Counted from the first letter of the whole stretch, positions 28,101-43,010 are shown. The stretch: DNA of 57,495 nucleotides, filler included, from Bipalium vagum (GCA_037834085.1; 3 parts of 3 records of this genome joined end to end with filler, not necessarily neighbours in it), one strand, 5' to 3'. Notes: generated from the letters alone by a model not told the origin. A program made the numbers and translations.

Positions 28101-30129
28101 ATCAATTTTTATTTACTCAAAGAATTTCATGGAAGAATCTATCTTTAGTTGTGTATGAAGATAATTTTTTTAGCAATGTTCTAAATGAACTAATTAAAAT
28201 GTAAACAATATTTTTTATAATTTAAAAATTCAACGAAATCATGTTAGAATCACTTCGAGTCTTAAACGAAGTTTCAAAAAATATTCTTAATTTAACCTTT
28301 TCACACCTTAAAAAGCTTTATATTTTTGCTGTTTTTAAAATAGGTTAGAAGAAATTGCGGTTTTATATCGGTTTAGTATTATTGTTTAAATACATTAATT
28401 GATAAATATTGAATATTATATAAATTAGAAATAAAAATGTCCTCGTTTACCTTATATTTTTTATTAAATTAACCCTTGAATTTCAGCATTATTAATTTAC
28501 TTTTTAAGTTAAATTTTATGATACATTAAATTCAAATTTGTAATACTTAGTACTGGTGAATATTGAAAATAAATTATTTTCTACTAAACGTTTAAACAGT
28601 TATTTAAAAGTTCTAATGTTAATAAACCACATAATTATAAATACAAATAAGATTTGAAAAGTAGAAACAACTAAATTTGTTACAAACCCAACTGAAACAA
28701 TGTCCAAAATGAATGGTGTATTAAGTGAGAATACTACTAATGAACTCGAGCGCGGAGGTTGAGAAGCGCGACAGTTAATCAACAACGACCAATCTAAACT
28801 GATAATCATGTGTGAAATTGACAAGGAACTGCACATTCGTTACATAATATAAAACAGGAAATAATTTGGTTTGTGATTAAATCATGACGAAGCTTTTCTA
28901 AAAGCCAAATTTACAAGAAAAAGAATAACATTGACGATGTAGGGATCGTGAGAACTAAGCACACTAGAGAATTTTATTCTCATTAAAATAATTATTATTT
29001 AATTTATAAAACATTGTTACGTGTATTTGATTGGTTGAATGTAATCTCTGCTGTAATAACCTAATTTGCTTTGTATTTCTATAATTTTCTATTTATTAAC
29101 AAGTTTTATTTATTTAATAATTTCACTTTAGTTATTATTTTTCATAAAAGAAGCCTAGATCACATATCAGGTCTTAAAATTTTAATTTAATCTATTTTTT
29201 TTAATATTAAAAATAAATTAAATATTTTACAAACGAATATTTATATTATTAAAAAATTAGTTCTAACAATTTTTCTTCAAATTTTTCATTAACATTTCTC
29301 TACAAAATTCTCATTGTGATTTTAATTAATTAAATTTCTGTGAAAAATCAAACAAGATCATATAAGCTTACTGAAGTCTTAGATTTTTAAAAAAAGTTTG
29401 TCTAATTAAAATATTTAATTAAGTAATATTTAAGAATAAAAGTTAATCTAACGAAAAACAAAAATAAGAAGATTAAAGCCCTTTTCCAATATTTAACAAT
29501 TTGATAATTTAAAAATGCAATTTTATCTAATTATGTTTCAATTTATTCCAGGGTTGCCTTTCATTCCGTTCGTCTAATAGCTTTAGAATCTTTTTTATAA
29601 CTTTTTTTTTCAGTAATATACTTCAATTAAAATATTTGTTTAATTTTTTAATGTTAACCAACAAGACTTAATCTGAAACAAAAATCTTTTATTTTGGTTA
29701 TGTTCTACAATAATTCAATGGGAAATCAAATAATATCTAACAGCAGTCGTTTTTATTATTTCCCGACAATTACAAGAATAAAAAAATTTCCCAAATACTC
29801 TACAATCGGATTCAAGTTAGTCAACAATTTTCATGCTCCGCTGATATATCGCACGCTCTTCTTACAGAACATTCATTTAATTCTCAAACATAGGCTACTG
29901 ATCGAAGACTAATAAAATAATAACACAACGGTGATAATATTAACCAATTAATAAGACACAAATGAATTTAATGAAATAATAGTAATCAATAAAAAACCAA
30001 AGATAACAATAAGTTCTATTAAAGATAAAAATAGAGCAATAATTAGTTAGAATAGTAAACTATTAGGATAAAAATACTGTATTCCATGTCATGATTTTTA
30101 CAATCTTTATGTCCTTTGAAAAATATAAT

Positions 30130-30660
30130 TATTAACAGTTTTTAATGATATGGCCACTAAAAAGCTTCCAATAACTTATGATGATGAATATTTCTCCAGA
30201 TGAATAAAAGTGATCTCCAATTTTAACTTTTGTTCCATTTCTTGGTTTGATTTTTAATTTAAGAGCACTCCAAGTACCCCAAAATTGATTTGTATGTACC
30301 AGAATTATCTTATTAATTAATTATTGATAAATATTATTTACATCTGCGTTATGAGATCTTTGAATTTTGTTGAGTAAAATATTGATATCCTTTTTCAAAT
30401 AGATTGGCATAATCTCTCCGGATGTGTTATTAATAGTAGAACTATGTTTGAAAAAGCTTAATTACATTTCTTAAGGAATTTGGGTTATGATCTTGAACTT
30501 CTGTTAAAAAAACCTTTCGTTCTTCAATCCGTCCAACGTCACCCACTATCCATGCACCATTAACAAGATTTCCACAATTGCATTTTCTTTGTATTGTACT
30601 TTCGTCTGTGATATCCCGTCCTATTATGTCATCTTCAATCCTCAAGGTTTCTATTAGAAC
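30130..30660 (-). mobile_element. Merlin/ISXO2-like transposase remnant
   Basis: DESTIQRKCNCGNLVNGAWIVGDVGRIEERKVFLTEVQD resembles DESKFGKRKYNRG..WxxGxVER; HTNQ-like motif downstream. Confidence 0.75.
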
Positions 30661-32087
30661 TTGCAGAAACCACGTGTTAGCAGATTGTATTAGTTGCCTA
30701 AAAGAAATCGGGTCTGATCAACTAAGCATTTTCATGGCGAAAACAAATTAAAAATCCTCCAGGGTATGACATTGAAAAACTCATTAGGGAAGAATATTCC
30801 TCCCTTTCATTATTGATAAAATTATTATTATAGATACTAATAAATATTTTATTATCAATATTATGATTTATGTTATTATCATTATTTTACTGTAACCAAA
30901 CAAAATGAATATCAATTTTACTAAGTTTATTTAAAATTTCAACGATGACTTAAAGTCTGAAGTGTTGTTAAAGTTTACTTTTTTTGAATTTCTCTGAATA
31001 TTTTCATCTTTTAAAATTATTTACAAAAAATAAAAGTTGATATTAATAAATCAATATATATTAATAATATATTAATAAGATTGGCGTTATTTAAAAAAGC
31101 ATCTAAAATTATCACAAAAAAAATAATAAAAATTTTAAATTATTAACGAATTTTTTATTTCATCCCGATTGGCTATCATTACAATAAATAATAAAAATAT
31201 TTTATAATTATAAAAAGTATCATTTAAAACAAAACTAAACGAAACTCAAACGATAAATATAGAAAGGAAATGCTTAAATAGAATGTATCAAACTATTTTC
31301 TATTTCCAGGAAATTATTTTAACGTTATTTCGTCAAATGAATAAATATTTATCTAAATTTTCTTTAAGTCAATAAATGTATCAGTAACTGAATGTAAACA
31401 GATAAAAATGACTACTCTCTATATAAAGATTATTTATTCCAAGAATAAAATTTATATTAATTATGTATTAAATTATAAAATTATTTATTAATGTTTAAAA
31501 AATAACTTAAAAATTTTTATAGTTATAAAATAATGATAAATCATTTTAAATTATAATTTTTCTATTGGTGCGTGAAATAATAAATAATTTGATAAACAAA
31601 TTGCTTTTCATACTCTTTCCAATTTTAATTTTTACTTTTCATTCTTAATCTTTGCATGACATGATTAAGTATTTCTGCTCAGTTTTGAGAAAAGTCTCTC
31701 TTTTCTTCAGCCCACTTTATGGAGTTGGCGCTTCGAAAATAAATAAATCATTTCATTAATTATTTATAAACAGGAAGTCGAGAGATTCTCATTTAAGTCC
31801 ATAATTTATTCCCCCATATCTTCAATGAATCTCACTTGTATTTATTATAACCGCTTTCAAATAATTTATTATTATTTCAATCAACTCTCCTTTAAATCAG
31901 GCATATTTTGCGTTTATATAAATGATATTTTTATTGGACTCATAAACTCGAAAGCTCATAAAAGTAAATAGAATAAATTAAAAAACTCAATTCCACATTA
32001 GCGGGACTGTATATATTTATATAAAGTGGAACCAGAGGTTTAAATGTAATGTTTAATTTTTATCTGCTGGATGATTACGTAATTAAC

Positions 32088-32159
32088 ATTGGTAAACCTC
32101 TATTTAACGATAGTTTGGTCGTTCCCGAGAAGTGTCGTTATAAAGAGGTTTAACTGTAT
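32088..32159. mobile_element. Tiny pogo/Tigger-like hairpin MITE
   Basis: taaacctctatttaacga ... tcgttataaagaggtttaactg-ta imperfect inverted repeat. Confidence 0.5.
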
Positions 32160-32259
32160 CAGCAAGATATAAAATTTTTTATTTTAACATGATGATTGTT
32201 AGGAAGGAGCAGTGCGCATCCTGATTATCTCACTAGAAATTGAAAATATGTCTAAATTA

Positions 32260-33240
32260 GGCAGATAACCAACTCATTATCAAGAAGAAAACTAAAACTA
32301 AATGAAATATCTGAAGCAAGTGAACGAGAAATCAATTACACGACATTAGATGATTAGTAAAGTGAAATTGGCCTTTTGTTAAATACTGGGAAAATAATGT
32401 ATCTTGTCGTGCAAAATGTTTTTATAATCATGACTGTTAACATAGAGCAGGTTTGTAATTTGGAGTGCTCACTCCACAACTGCTACTTAATAATGTGAAG
32501 ATTGAAACTTCAAAAATAAAAAATTCTGCACACAATTGGTTTTAAAAAGAAGCCAGGTGAATTGCTCACTTGAATCTCATCTTCCAATCCAACGATTAAG
32601 GAGATTTCGATCTACCAAGTTTCTTATCATATACTAATAGCTTATCTGTGTCCTGTCTTTTTGTAAGTATTTACGATGGGTTCTTTAGGCTCTGAAAAGT
32701 TATTCATTTCAAGGTGTGGTTCACCAATGACCATATCTTCAACAAAGTATGGTCCAATGATACTCTCTGCAGTTGAACCACACAGCATTTAATATTTTCA
32801 AGCTTCGAATTATGAAGAGGAATTCTTTTTTAGGGTTTGAATGAGCCAAACATAAGCAATTACGGTGATTAAGAACTCCACTTAATATCCTATTATTTTT
32901 TTCTGACCATATAATCTTATTAACCAAGTAGGAATCCTTTTCGAATTGCAACATTTGTCACAAAACTCTTCTTTGGTGAGCTTATTTAATGTAGATGGCT
33001 TAAATGACTGGAAGCTTGCTTCTTTAACTGCTTCTTTTCTTGTAACTGTTTCTTGAACTTAGAATATTAGAATATTAGTTACTTTGTCAGTAACCTTAAG
33101 CTTTTACAATATTTTATTTATTTTTTGCCTACATGGGGGTAGAGTGACAAACTCAGCCTTCATTTTTGATAAGGAAAATTCAGGGGTCTTTTTTGGTAAA
33201 GTTTTCCAGTTCAAGATGTCATTGCTTGGATAACGGATAC
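32260..33240 (-). mobile_element. Degenerate Tc3/mariner-like transposase
   Basis: IIWSE...LSGVLNHRNC..AHSNP resembles IIWSDEA..L.G.VNRHNC..W..NP; further decayed motifs downstream. Confidence 0.7.
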
Positions 33241-36099
33241 TTGAAAATCTTGTAAATAAAGAGTGGCAAATCAGAAAAATTTACTCAGAAATTCAAACAA
33301 TTATTATTTTTTTAACGATTAGAAGAAGAGTTTTTACGTTCAAGAAGACAATTTGAATTAGAAATTTTCTGCATTTTAAGTAAATTTTCGCATTAGAAGA
33401 GTAGACGAAGATATTACTGATATTATTCCGAAAGTATCTTTGTTCTACATGCTTTTAAAGCAAATTCAGACAACCATGTGGAGTTCGGTTGTCTTTTGAT
33501 GCTAATTGACAATCCAAAGGTTGGTTGAATTCTTTTGTTAGGAAAAGAGTTAATTGGTATTTTATTCATTCATTTCATTGTATATTATTTATCATTTCTT
33601 CACATTTTAATTATTGATACTAATTTCATTATTTGATTTAACTTAGTGAACTATCGATCCATTCTTATTGTTATTGATCCATATTCGTTTTTGGTATATG
33701 TATATATATAATTAATTAATATATTATATATTATTAATTTTAATTTAATTTTTTTTGTTGTTAATAAAATGTTATTGTTGAACTAATTATTTTCCTTTCA
33801 TCATTAACACCAACCATAAGTGTGCGGAGAGATAACGATTCAAAAGTCAAAACCCCTACTACTAGTCTATTAATATATTTTTTAATTATAACATGGATAT
33901 AATTTTGAAAAATATTATTAATTTTTATTCTTAAAAAAGTTGATCAAGGCAAATGCAAAAATTATATAATTTTAATGACATTTAAAATTTTTTTCTCAAG
34001 TAATGAGGGAAAATTAATAACAATAATAATTTAAAATATTACCGTTACTATAAGTTATTGAAAAGAATAAGCCCATATTTAGTGATTTTTCAATTCGAAG
34101 TATACCAATGTATCATAAAGTAAAATGTTAAGACTATATTTAAAATTTAAACGTTGATAAGGCACACCTTTCGACTTGAAGGCCAGTAAAACAAATGATT
34201 ATTGAAAATCATTTTAGTTAAACAATTAAATGCATTTTTATAATTAATTTGAATAATATTATTTTGTGAATAATTCTTTTCTACATGATCAATTTGTAAA
34301 TTTTAATAAAAATATATTATTATTATTATTAATCTTATATGTGCTGAAACAGTCATAAAATTTTTCTCTTAAAAATTGAATTAAATATTTGATTATTTAA
34401 GAATAAATATTTATTAATAATTTCACATTTGTTGAGAAATATAAACAAAGCGAATAATGGGTGACACTAATGATCTAAATATTAAAATAGAAGACAGCTT
34501 TTGATAAACTCTACTCAAAATATATTAGTATCGGATTTCGTAATTACTTTGGTGAAATAAACGTTAAGAACTTAAAATTGTTTGAAAATGGCAATATAAA
34601 GATGCATTTAAATTATGGACACAAAGAAATAATATTAGAATTAAAATATTTATTTATATAAATTTTAATAACACATTAATTATACGATGATTTCTAAAAA
34701 TAGTCAAAAAATAACATTGAGAATTTTATTATATAATATATATTATATATATTATTATAATAACGGTTCTGTTTATCTTATAGCTCCACATTTTGTTTAA
34801 ATTAATAAATAATAGAAATAAAATAAATAAATAGAAATAAAATAATAAATAACTTAACAAAAAATAAAAATCTTCAAAACAAATAATCAACTTTTTTCTT
34901 TTTCCAGTGTTTCTTTACCTTTATTTATTTTATTAATTACTTTATTAATTAAGTCATGTAACCTGTGTGCTGTTAATCTGGAAATATGTGGTCTTGCTTC
35001 TATAGTGGAATAAAATAATCTCCATTCTATTAACAAGTGCTGGCTGATGACTATGCTGTGATAGATTCATCAGGCAATCATAGTTTTCTTTGGCAAATGC
35101 TTTGACTTGGTACATGTTTCAATTTTTCATCCACATCCAGCCATTGTGTTAATCTTTGCCTATTGCCACATAAAACTAACTTTTCATAATAGGTTACATT
35201 TTTCATCATGTAATTAATTAATTTAATACCAAAAATATATTTTATATATCTTTATGAATTTAAATTATAAAAAAATTTTAAGAAAAGATTTATATATTAA
35301 AAATGAATAATGTAGCATAATAATAAATATCAAAAATATTAAAATGAAGAAAAATTCTAAAATAATGGAAAAGAAATAATTTATATTGACGAATATTATT
35401 TTTAAAAGCTTCATTCCAGACAAAAAAAAATTTGACTTATAAGAAATGAATGGGAATAAAAATAAAATGCGGAATACACTTTGTTGCAGCTCTTAATCAA
35501 TTATTAATTATAATTTTAAGATAAAAGTAGATAATTAAATATAAGGTGCGTTGAATACTGTCAAACTGTCTTATTCAAACAAAATAATGGCAACGTGAAA
35601 TTTATGAAATCAAGTCACTGATCTTTACGAAAGAGAAAATTTAAAGAAGAAAGAGTTTTTAAAAAAACAAGTTATTTATTATTTTTTGAAAAAGTTTTTA
35701 GAAAAATGCTAATTTGTCTCATTTATTGGTGTTTGACTTCTAAATGTGAGGATTAGAATTTGAGTTAGATAGCAACGGAACTTACAAAAGAACTTGATCT
35801 TAGATAGGAATTATTTGCTCGTAACATTAGAGCAAGTTAAGCTTTAAAATATTAAAAATAAATATTTAAAGTAAATCAAAGAATCGAATATAAAAACGCA
35901 GAATCAATAAATGATCAATCATTACATAAATGAAACACTGAATCTATATAAATTGAATAAACTTTTAATGAATCGATTGACTGAGATAAATAGTTTTTTA
36001 CAAAATATTTTTTATAGTATAGATGACCTAAACACTCATTGAAACATAATTTACTTTTCTATTATCGTAAAGGAAAAAATACGCTTTCAAAATATATTT

Positions 36100-37402
36100 T
36101 TAGTGTATGACGAGAATGCATTAATAGAACGCCAATCTCTGGATTGTTCTCAGAAATGCTGAAGGGAGTGACTTTTCACTAAAAGTTAAGCGACGATCTG
36201 ATTGTTCACTAGATGTTAATGATGACGAAATCAAAGACTTAATAAATGAGTATCATTACAAAGTGACATTGTAAGGAAGGAAAAAATCTTCGATGTGAGT
36301 CGATAATACAATCATCAAAAGAATAGAATATTGAACAAGCACAATTCTCTGATCGACTCATCAATGAGTATTGTATATAAAACACAAAAACCATCTTCAA
36401 TCATAGTTTATGCAGAGTTGGCATCAAATGGAAAAAATATCAAGTTTTTGTATTCTTGATGGGGTAAAGATTAATCAATCAACTTATCTGAATATTTTAC
36501 AAGAAAAAGTGTTATCTTGGATCCAATCTCAGTTTCCACAAGTGGAAGTCTGCTTCACACAGAATGGAGCAAAACATATGCTATAGTGATGCAAAGAAAA
36601 TGATCATTTCTAGAACAAAGAGATGTGGCCTCCGTCATCAACAGATATCAATCCTCTGGATTTTGTAATATCAGAATTGCTGAGAAAAACAATAATGCCC
36701 GCCAGAGCCATAATAAGGATGACTTAGTTATAGTCATTTATATTGGATGATTGAATATATCAGAGGATATTGTCCGAGCCAGCTGAGGCTTAATAATCAG
36801 TTGTCTGAACAAGATTATTCGGGTAACATGGTTTCTGGGATCTCCAATTCCAAAAAGAAATATTCATGGTCACAAGGTCCCCATCGCTGTCTAGTGGGAC
36901 ATGCAGGGAGTGTTTTATTATGAACTATTATTACCATCTGAGACTGTTACTGAGGAATTATCGGTCGTCAATTGAGACAGTTGAACAAGCCATTAAATAT
37001 TTTGCAATAAAACAAAATGAAATGAAATTCTGCATGAAAATGACATTACATTAATAACGAAGGAAAATTTGATAGACTTTATATGGGAAGTTCTACCACA
37101 CCTGCCATTCCCCAGATATTGTCTCAACGAATTTTAACTTATTTTCCTTTCCATGCAACATAGTTTCTTCGATATACAATTTAGAAATGTTGAAGAGATA
37201 CAGAAATTCATTGACAATTTTTTTCAACCCAGGCCCAAATACTTTTTCATCCGGGTATTCAACCTTTTCCTGAAAGATGGGAAAAAGTATTTAATAATGA
37301 TAGAAAACATTTTGATTAAATGTACCATGTTACATGGATTTGTTATATATTAATAACAATTCTTTGTCATAAAGCGATGGAAACTTATGCACAACTCTAA
37401 TA
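36100..37402 (+). mobile_element. Nested remnants: mariner interrupted by a DD37D (maT)-like fragment at about 36350-36810
   Basis: Inner: GVKINQSTYLNILQEKVLSWI and MWPPSSTDINPLDF. Outer: WEVLPHLP..PDI, SMQHSF..FRNVEEIQKFIDNFF and TIR-like end aacttatgcacaactctaata. Confidence 0.75.
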
Positions 37403-37475
37403 TCAGGTTGTGTAGTATGAAATTTGTAAAATGAAAAACAAAGTTTATTAATAAATTACAAATAAAAGAAACTAT

Positions 37476-37575
37476 NNNNNNNNNNNNNNNNNNNNNNNNN
37501 NNNNNNNNNNNNNNNNNNNTTAATTAATTAANNNNNNNNNNNNNNNNNNNNNNNNNNNNNNNNNNNNNNNNNNNN
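37476..37575. other. Artificial scaffold-joining spacer
   Basis: 44 N + TTAATTAATTAA + 44 N. Confidence 0.93.
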
Positions 37576-38479
37576 TCTTTATCGAGGACCTCTGAGCCTA
37601 AGAGCGAGAGGATTTTTATAATTAATAAATATAATTAATAAAATCATTTTAATATTGAAAAAGAAAATCGGTCAGAATTGTCTCAATCATTGTAATTTGA
37701 TAACAATTTGAATAAAAGTATTAATTCGAAAATTTGTTTTCTTAGTTAAATTTAATTAAAGTCGAACACGAGCAAAAGCAACCTTCAACCGTTGAGACCT
37801 AAGTCACATATACGCTCCGACCTTTAAATATCCTTTTTATCCATCAACTTAGGATCTTAACAATATAAAAATCCATGAAGGACAATCACTCGTATGTGTA
37901 AAAACCCTTTTTAATATAAAATATAATTTAGAAAAACTTGATTTTGATTTAGTCATTTATATTCAATTTAAACCTTATTATTTTTCACAGCAATAATAAA
38001 ACTAACCTTCGCCGTTAAGACCTAATAAACATTGTTTTGAGCTCCACCTTCTATAACATTAAGATCTTAACAAATGTATTAAAATTTTTATATTCATCTA
38101 AAAAGTATTCATATTCATCTACTAAAATAGAATTCATTTATATTTAAATTAAGCTTTGAAGATATTAGTTCTTCAACTTCATTAAAAACCTCACCTTTAA
38201 TCATAAGGATAAATTCCTTTTTTTATGTTTTAGTTTAAATGATTTTTAAAATTTCGTACTTATTTGATTTACTAACATATTTCGGTGAATTATATGAATT
38301 TAAACTTTTTAAACAAAGATGGTTGCTATGATTTTTATTATTAGAAAATATGTTCATATTTCTACACAATTAAAAACTTATATATATAAAGATTTAAAAA
38401 TATTTATATAAGGTGTATAACTATTAATTACTTTTCTTCACATATCTCTTCTATTATTGAAAAGACAAATAGTGTCGAA

Positions 38480-39060
38480 TGATTTTGTTGACCTTAAAAT
38501 TTATTTATAAATTTGTCCGAATTTTTAGTTGTCATACTTTGCGCGATACCTTATCAATCGCCAGCAAAGAACTTACTGGAACAGTTCAATCCAAAATGAT
38601 AATAACAGAAAAATCTGAAGGAAAAGAGGAAGAATCGACAATTTTGGAATACATTGACTGCCTAAACGGCGGAAAACTGGAAGAGGACCATGCCGTACTT
38701 GGTGGGTTAAATGTTGAAACGCTGCAAAATATTTTGCTTCACTAAAATCCTCTACCCTATTTCATTTAAAAAATCAAATGATCTTCTATTGACAATCAAA
38801 CGAGAAAAAAATAGACTATCTTATCTTCACTTCAAAAGAAAGTAATCTGCTTCCAGCTTAACAAAGGCAACCAAGTGAATTAATGGTACATGTGGAGATC
38901 CTTAGGCACTTATCAAAGTCCAAGAGGAGTAACCAGTTGATAACTAATGGAAAAATTGATTTTTGTGACTGACAATATCTGCTGAACCTTTCCAGTAAGC
39001 ATTATTTAACAACACGATGCCGACTCTGCGACTACAAGTTGGAAATCCAGTCCCAAACTT
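38480..39060 (+). mobile_element. Decayed LTR-retrotransposon RT/RNase H fragment
   Basis: YIDCLNGGKLEEDH resembles YIDD....T.EEH; LCDYKLEIQ resembles the RNase H end. Confidence 0.5.
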
Positions 39061-39787
39061 GTCTGATTTTTTAATAGCATAAAATGTATACAATGTCCCA
39101 AAGAAAATATATTAAACTCAACAGATAAGCTTGTAGGATTCTAAAGAAAAATATCTTAATGAGAAAAACGATCAATTTTTGATGAAAACATAAAACAGAT
39201 CAAGCTCAAATCTTGCATTAATTATTGATTTGTAACCCATTCAATATTTCTAAAATCTTGATTCTTCTAAGATATTCTGTAAATTTATACTTTGAAAAAA
39301 ACATACATATTTTTTCATACACGAAAGTATTTCCTCGTTGATTTAACAATATTAATGTTAACCTGAAGCATATTACATTATAAAAACATCTATGGACCTT
39401 AAGAAACGATTTTTGATTTAATTTCGGTTAAATCCTTAAACAAAAAAATTTTTTTTACATCAAAATCGAAAAAAAATAAAATTTTCCTTTACTTTTCTTT
39501 TGTTAAAAACAGAAGAGGAAGTTGGCATTTTTATTCCCTGCTCTAGCTCACTACACAGTTCCCGTAATCATGACTTGAGCACGTTAACGAAATAAAATAG
39601 ATCAAACGACAATGCACACACGCATTCACAAAAAAATAACAAGATTTAGCTCCCAGTCTTTTTAGTATAAATTAAATCTCTGTTTGACTCTACATGTTTT
39701 ATTCAAGCTCCCAAACAATAATAACACACACACAAACACAAAGACGAAGGATAGGGGAGATAAGCAGAGTTTAGGGACCCGTCAATC

Positions 39788-42049
39788 TTATCGCCTGTCG
39801 TTCTTTCCCACCTTCCTCTTGCCCGAGTTCAAATGTTTCGGTTTCGTGTCTCCGATGTGTCTGTCTGATTCGCCCAGGCGGCCGTGACGATTGTTCACTC
39901 TCTGCGACACCTTGGACATCTTTCTGGTCTTGTCGGCCGCCTTGTCGTCCTTCAGCCCAGCGCGGGATCGCGACCTTGACGGATGGCATCTGGCGATCGA
40001 TTCACTTCGTAACGCCGACACCTCGACCGATTTTCTTCTCGTCGAGCGGCTTCTTGAACGAGCTTGAGCCTTGGCCAGTCCAGTCTGAAACGAAGAGATC
40101 AATGAAAAGTATCGATTACATTATATAATAATAATTTTTAAAAGATTAGAATAAAAAATCGATAAAAATTTTTTATAATCAAGAAATCAAAGATTATCAT
40201 AATCGATAATATTATAAAATAATTTTATCAAAATATTATTATAAAATCAATATAAATATGGATTTTTATATTATTTTTCAAACAAGAATGGATATTAAAT
40301 TAAAAAACATAAATAAAATATCTCAAGTCAATAGAAAAAATAGCCGCCAATCGTACCGCATCGTCCTCGACCTTCACGCCCAACTTCTTCATTCCGCTCT
40401 GGACTTGATCAATGGTGATCTTCTTGTTGACTCGACTAATGGATTTGCGCCCAGTCGTGTTCTTCTTTTCGATGTTGTCCAACTTCTTAAGCTCCTCCGC
40501 CTCCTGGATTGACTTGGCCAACTTTCTAGTGGCCTCTGGCAAAGGCTCATAATCGATCTTGTAGAAGTTGATGTCATCCAGCAGCTTTTCCTCCTTTCGG
40601 AATCGCTCTAGTGTCTCCTCGTCGATGTACCCGAAGTCGGCGATATTGTGTCCATTGTAGATTTCGGGAATTGTGTCGAAACGGTCCTGAGGTTTAGCGC
40701 CGGCCGTCCACTCCTGTCTCACGTTGTACGCAAACCGGTTTCCGGCCTCCTTCTGCACCTCGAACAACGTCTTACGCTTGGTGCTACCCGGGTTCTCCTT
40801 CTCCATAGCATCCTTTTGGCGCAGTCTCTCTAGAATGTCCTCGGGGATGTGCTCCGTCGCTGCCGTTTCCGACCGAACGACCTTATTAGCCACGTATAGT
40901 CGGTTCTTGAGCTCGTGTACATGTGGCCTCTCCAGCTTGCGCTGGACGCGACTTGTCAGAACAAGTTCGCACGCCGCGTTCCGCACCTCCATGACACCCT
41001 GCTCGGTTTTGGTTGACATCTCCATGACTACGACGACCTGTTGGCCGTCCCTGGTCGCCACTCGCTGAATAAGCGCCCTGTCCTCGTCACGAAGTTGGTC
41101 CATTGTCTTGACGTCAACTTTGTTCAGTGCGATGGTCAGCGGCTTGCTGCCAAATAGGGCCCGAATGTTCTCGAGCAGCCCCACTTGCTGCTCTATTGAG
41201 TAGCCGCACTGCTCCGACAGATCAATGACGAACAGCAGTCCAGCCTCCTCTAGCGCATCAAGTGCGGTGATGGCCAACATCTCACTGGTGTTGCACTCCG
41301 GCAGAGGCCGGTCCAACAAACCCGGTGTGTCGATGAACTGCCAACGCAGGTTTTGGTAGTCACAATGCCCCACGAATAGCGACTTGGTCGTGAACGCGTA
41401 CGGCTGAACGTCCACATCCGCCCGACTGATCTTGTTCATGAAACTCGACTTACCCACATTGGGAAACCCGCACAAAATCACCGTCCTTGTGCTTGTGTCT
41501 ATTGTCGGGAATCGGGACAAGTGTTGACGACACTCTTCCAAATACTGCAGACTGGCCTTCGTGACGCTTTTCATGATCAGCTTCGCCATTTTACCCAACG
41601 CCACGCGCTTCAGTGTCTTGCATCGGTAGGCCGAGTCTCCGAATTTGATCAATTTTGTGTGGTCTTTGGCAATACGATCTACTTTCGACTTGATATAATT
41701 GATGTGACTCAGAGCAGACTTGTACTCCTGTTCACCGTACAATGTGTTCATCAGATTGTGGTAGAATTTGTGGAGATTCTAAATACAAACTTTAATAATG
41801 AACAAAATTAATATCATTATTATTATCTACTTTTATGTCGGGAAAATCTTTCAGAATTTTATCCAATTTATCGTGAATATTTTGTTGGCATGTTTTTACT
41901 TTAAGGATATAAAATTTCCTGTGAGTACCTATTTGTGCACTTTTATGAATGACGGTGGCTGTCTTGCGTTGTGTTTTTGATAACACGACATCAAGTAATT
42001 CCTTGCTTGAAGGTACAACTTGAATTGATTTAAAATCGTGAGCAGGCAT
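39788..42049 (-). CDS. GTPBP4: Nucleolar GTP-binding protein 1, about 645 aa; exons 41831-42049, 40357-41778, 39788-40084
   Basis: [54 protein letters not shown]-terminal [18 protein letters not shown]; two phase-0 GT-AG introns. Confidence 0.97.
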
Positions 42050-42806
42050 TTAAATTTCGTTAAAATTGTGAATATTTAAACAAACATTGCGTAGTTATCA
42101 AAACATTTTAAATGACAATTTCTAGTTTTACATTTATCTTGTTCTAAATTTTTAGTTTTTTAGCAATGACCTTTACAATATTTTTTTATTTCTTTGTTTT
42201 ATTAAGATTAAGAGATACAAAAATAAATAATTATGTAAGAATTGATATTAAATTTTGAATTTGCTTTTCATTTTTGAACTAACTTAAAAAAAACTTTACT
42301 TAAATATAAATAAATACTTATGGAGTATTCTCCGTCGCTCTGGTAAAGATCTAATAAAACAAATTTTTTAAAATCCAAAACTCACGTAGTACAATTTTGT
42401 CACCATTTGAGAACTTTCTGGAGGATTATCCAGACTATTTTAAGACAATAATCATGTATTCTGTAAATAAATAAAAAAAAACTTTATTAAATTAAGAAAG
42501 CATCTTAATGATTTTAGTGATTGTAATTTTGATCATCAATATATTCTTTTAAACGCAATCTAATTCTTTTATTCAATTATTTGGAGTTTTGTGTTGATTT
42601 AGAGGAAAGTTATCACATCTATTCTAACTATATCTAATAACTCAACAATTTGTACACTTTACATTTTTATTTAAGGTAAACCATGTAGTAGACAGAAAAT
42701 CTCTACCAAAAATATTTAGATTGAAATTTTACGTCTTCGACTATACTATACAGAAAACTAAAAGAAAAACAGTTAAATTCTATGTCAAATTTTAAATGTT
42801 TTGAGC

Positions 42807-43010
42807 TTATTCTTTCAAAACTTTATCCACTGGTTCTTCAATGGCGTTTTCAGTAGTTAGTTCATCATCTTCAACAGTTGCTTTAAAACCTATCTGTTCG
42901 ACCATTTCCAATACAATTTCAGTTTCTTGAAAGATTTCACTTTCTTCGACTTCTGTCACTTCGACGTTCTCAACGACTTCGGAAACAATTTCAGAAACTT
43001 CGTTAGTCAT
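42807..43010 (-). CDS. Small acidic E/V/T-rich protein, copy 1 (67 aa, divergent C-terminal half)
   Basis: MTNEVSEIVSEVVENVEVTEVEE shared with three paralogues; conserved upstream TATAAATA block; frame stays open despite divergence. Confidence 0.75.
   Translation of the reverse strand: MTNEVSEIVSEVVENVEVTEVEESEIFQETEIVLEMVEQIGFKATVEDDELTTENAIEEPVDKVLKE

Noticed and set aside
39684-41980. Alternative-frame and antisense ORFs over NOG1
   Set aside because: By-products of GC-rich coding sequence.
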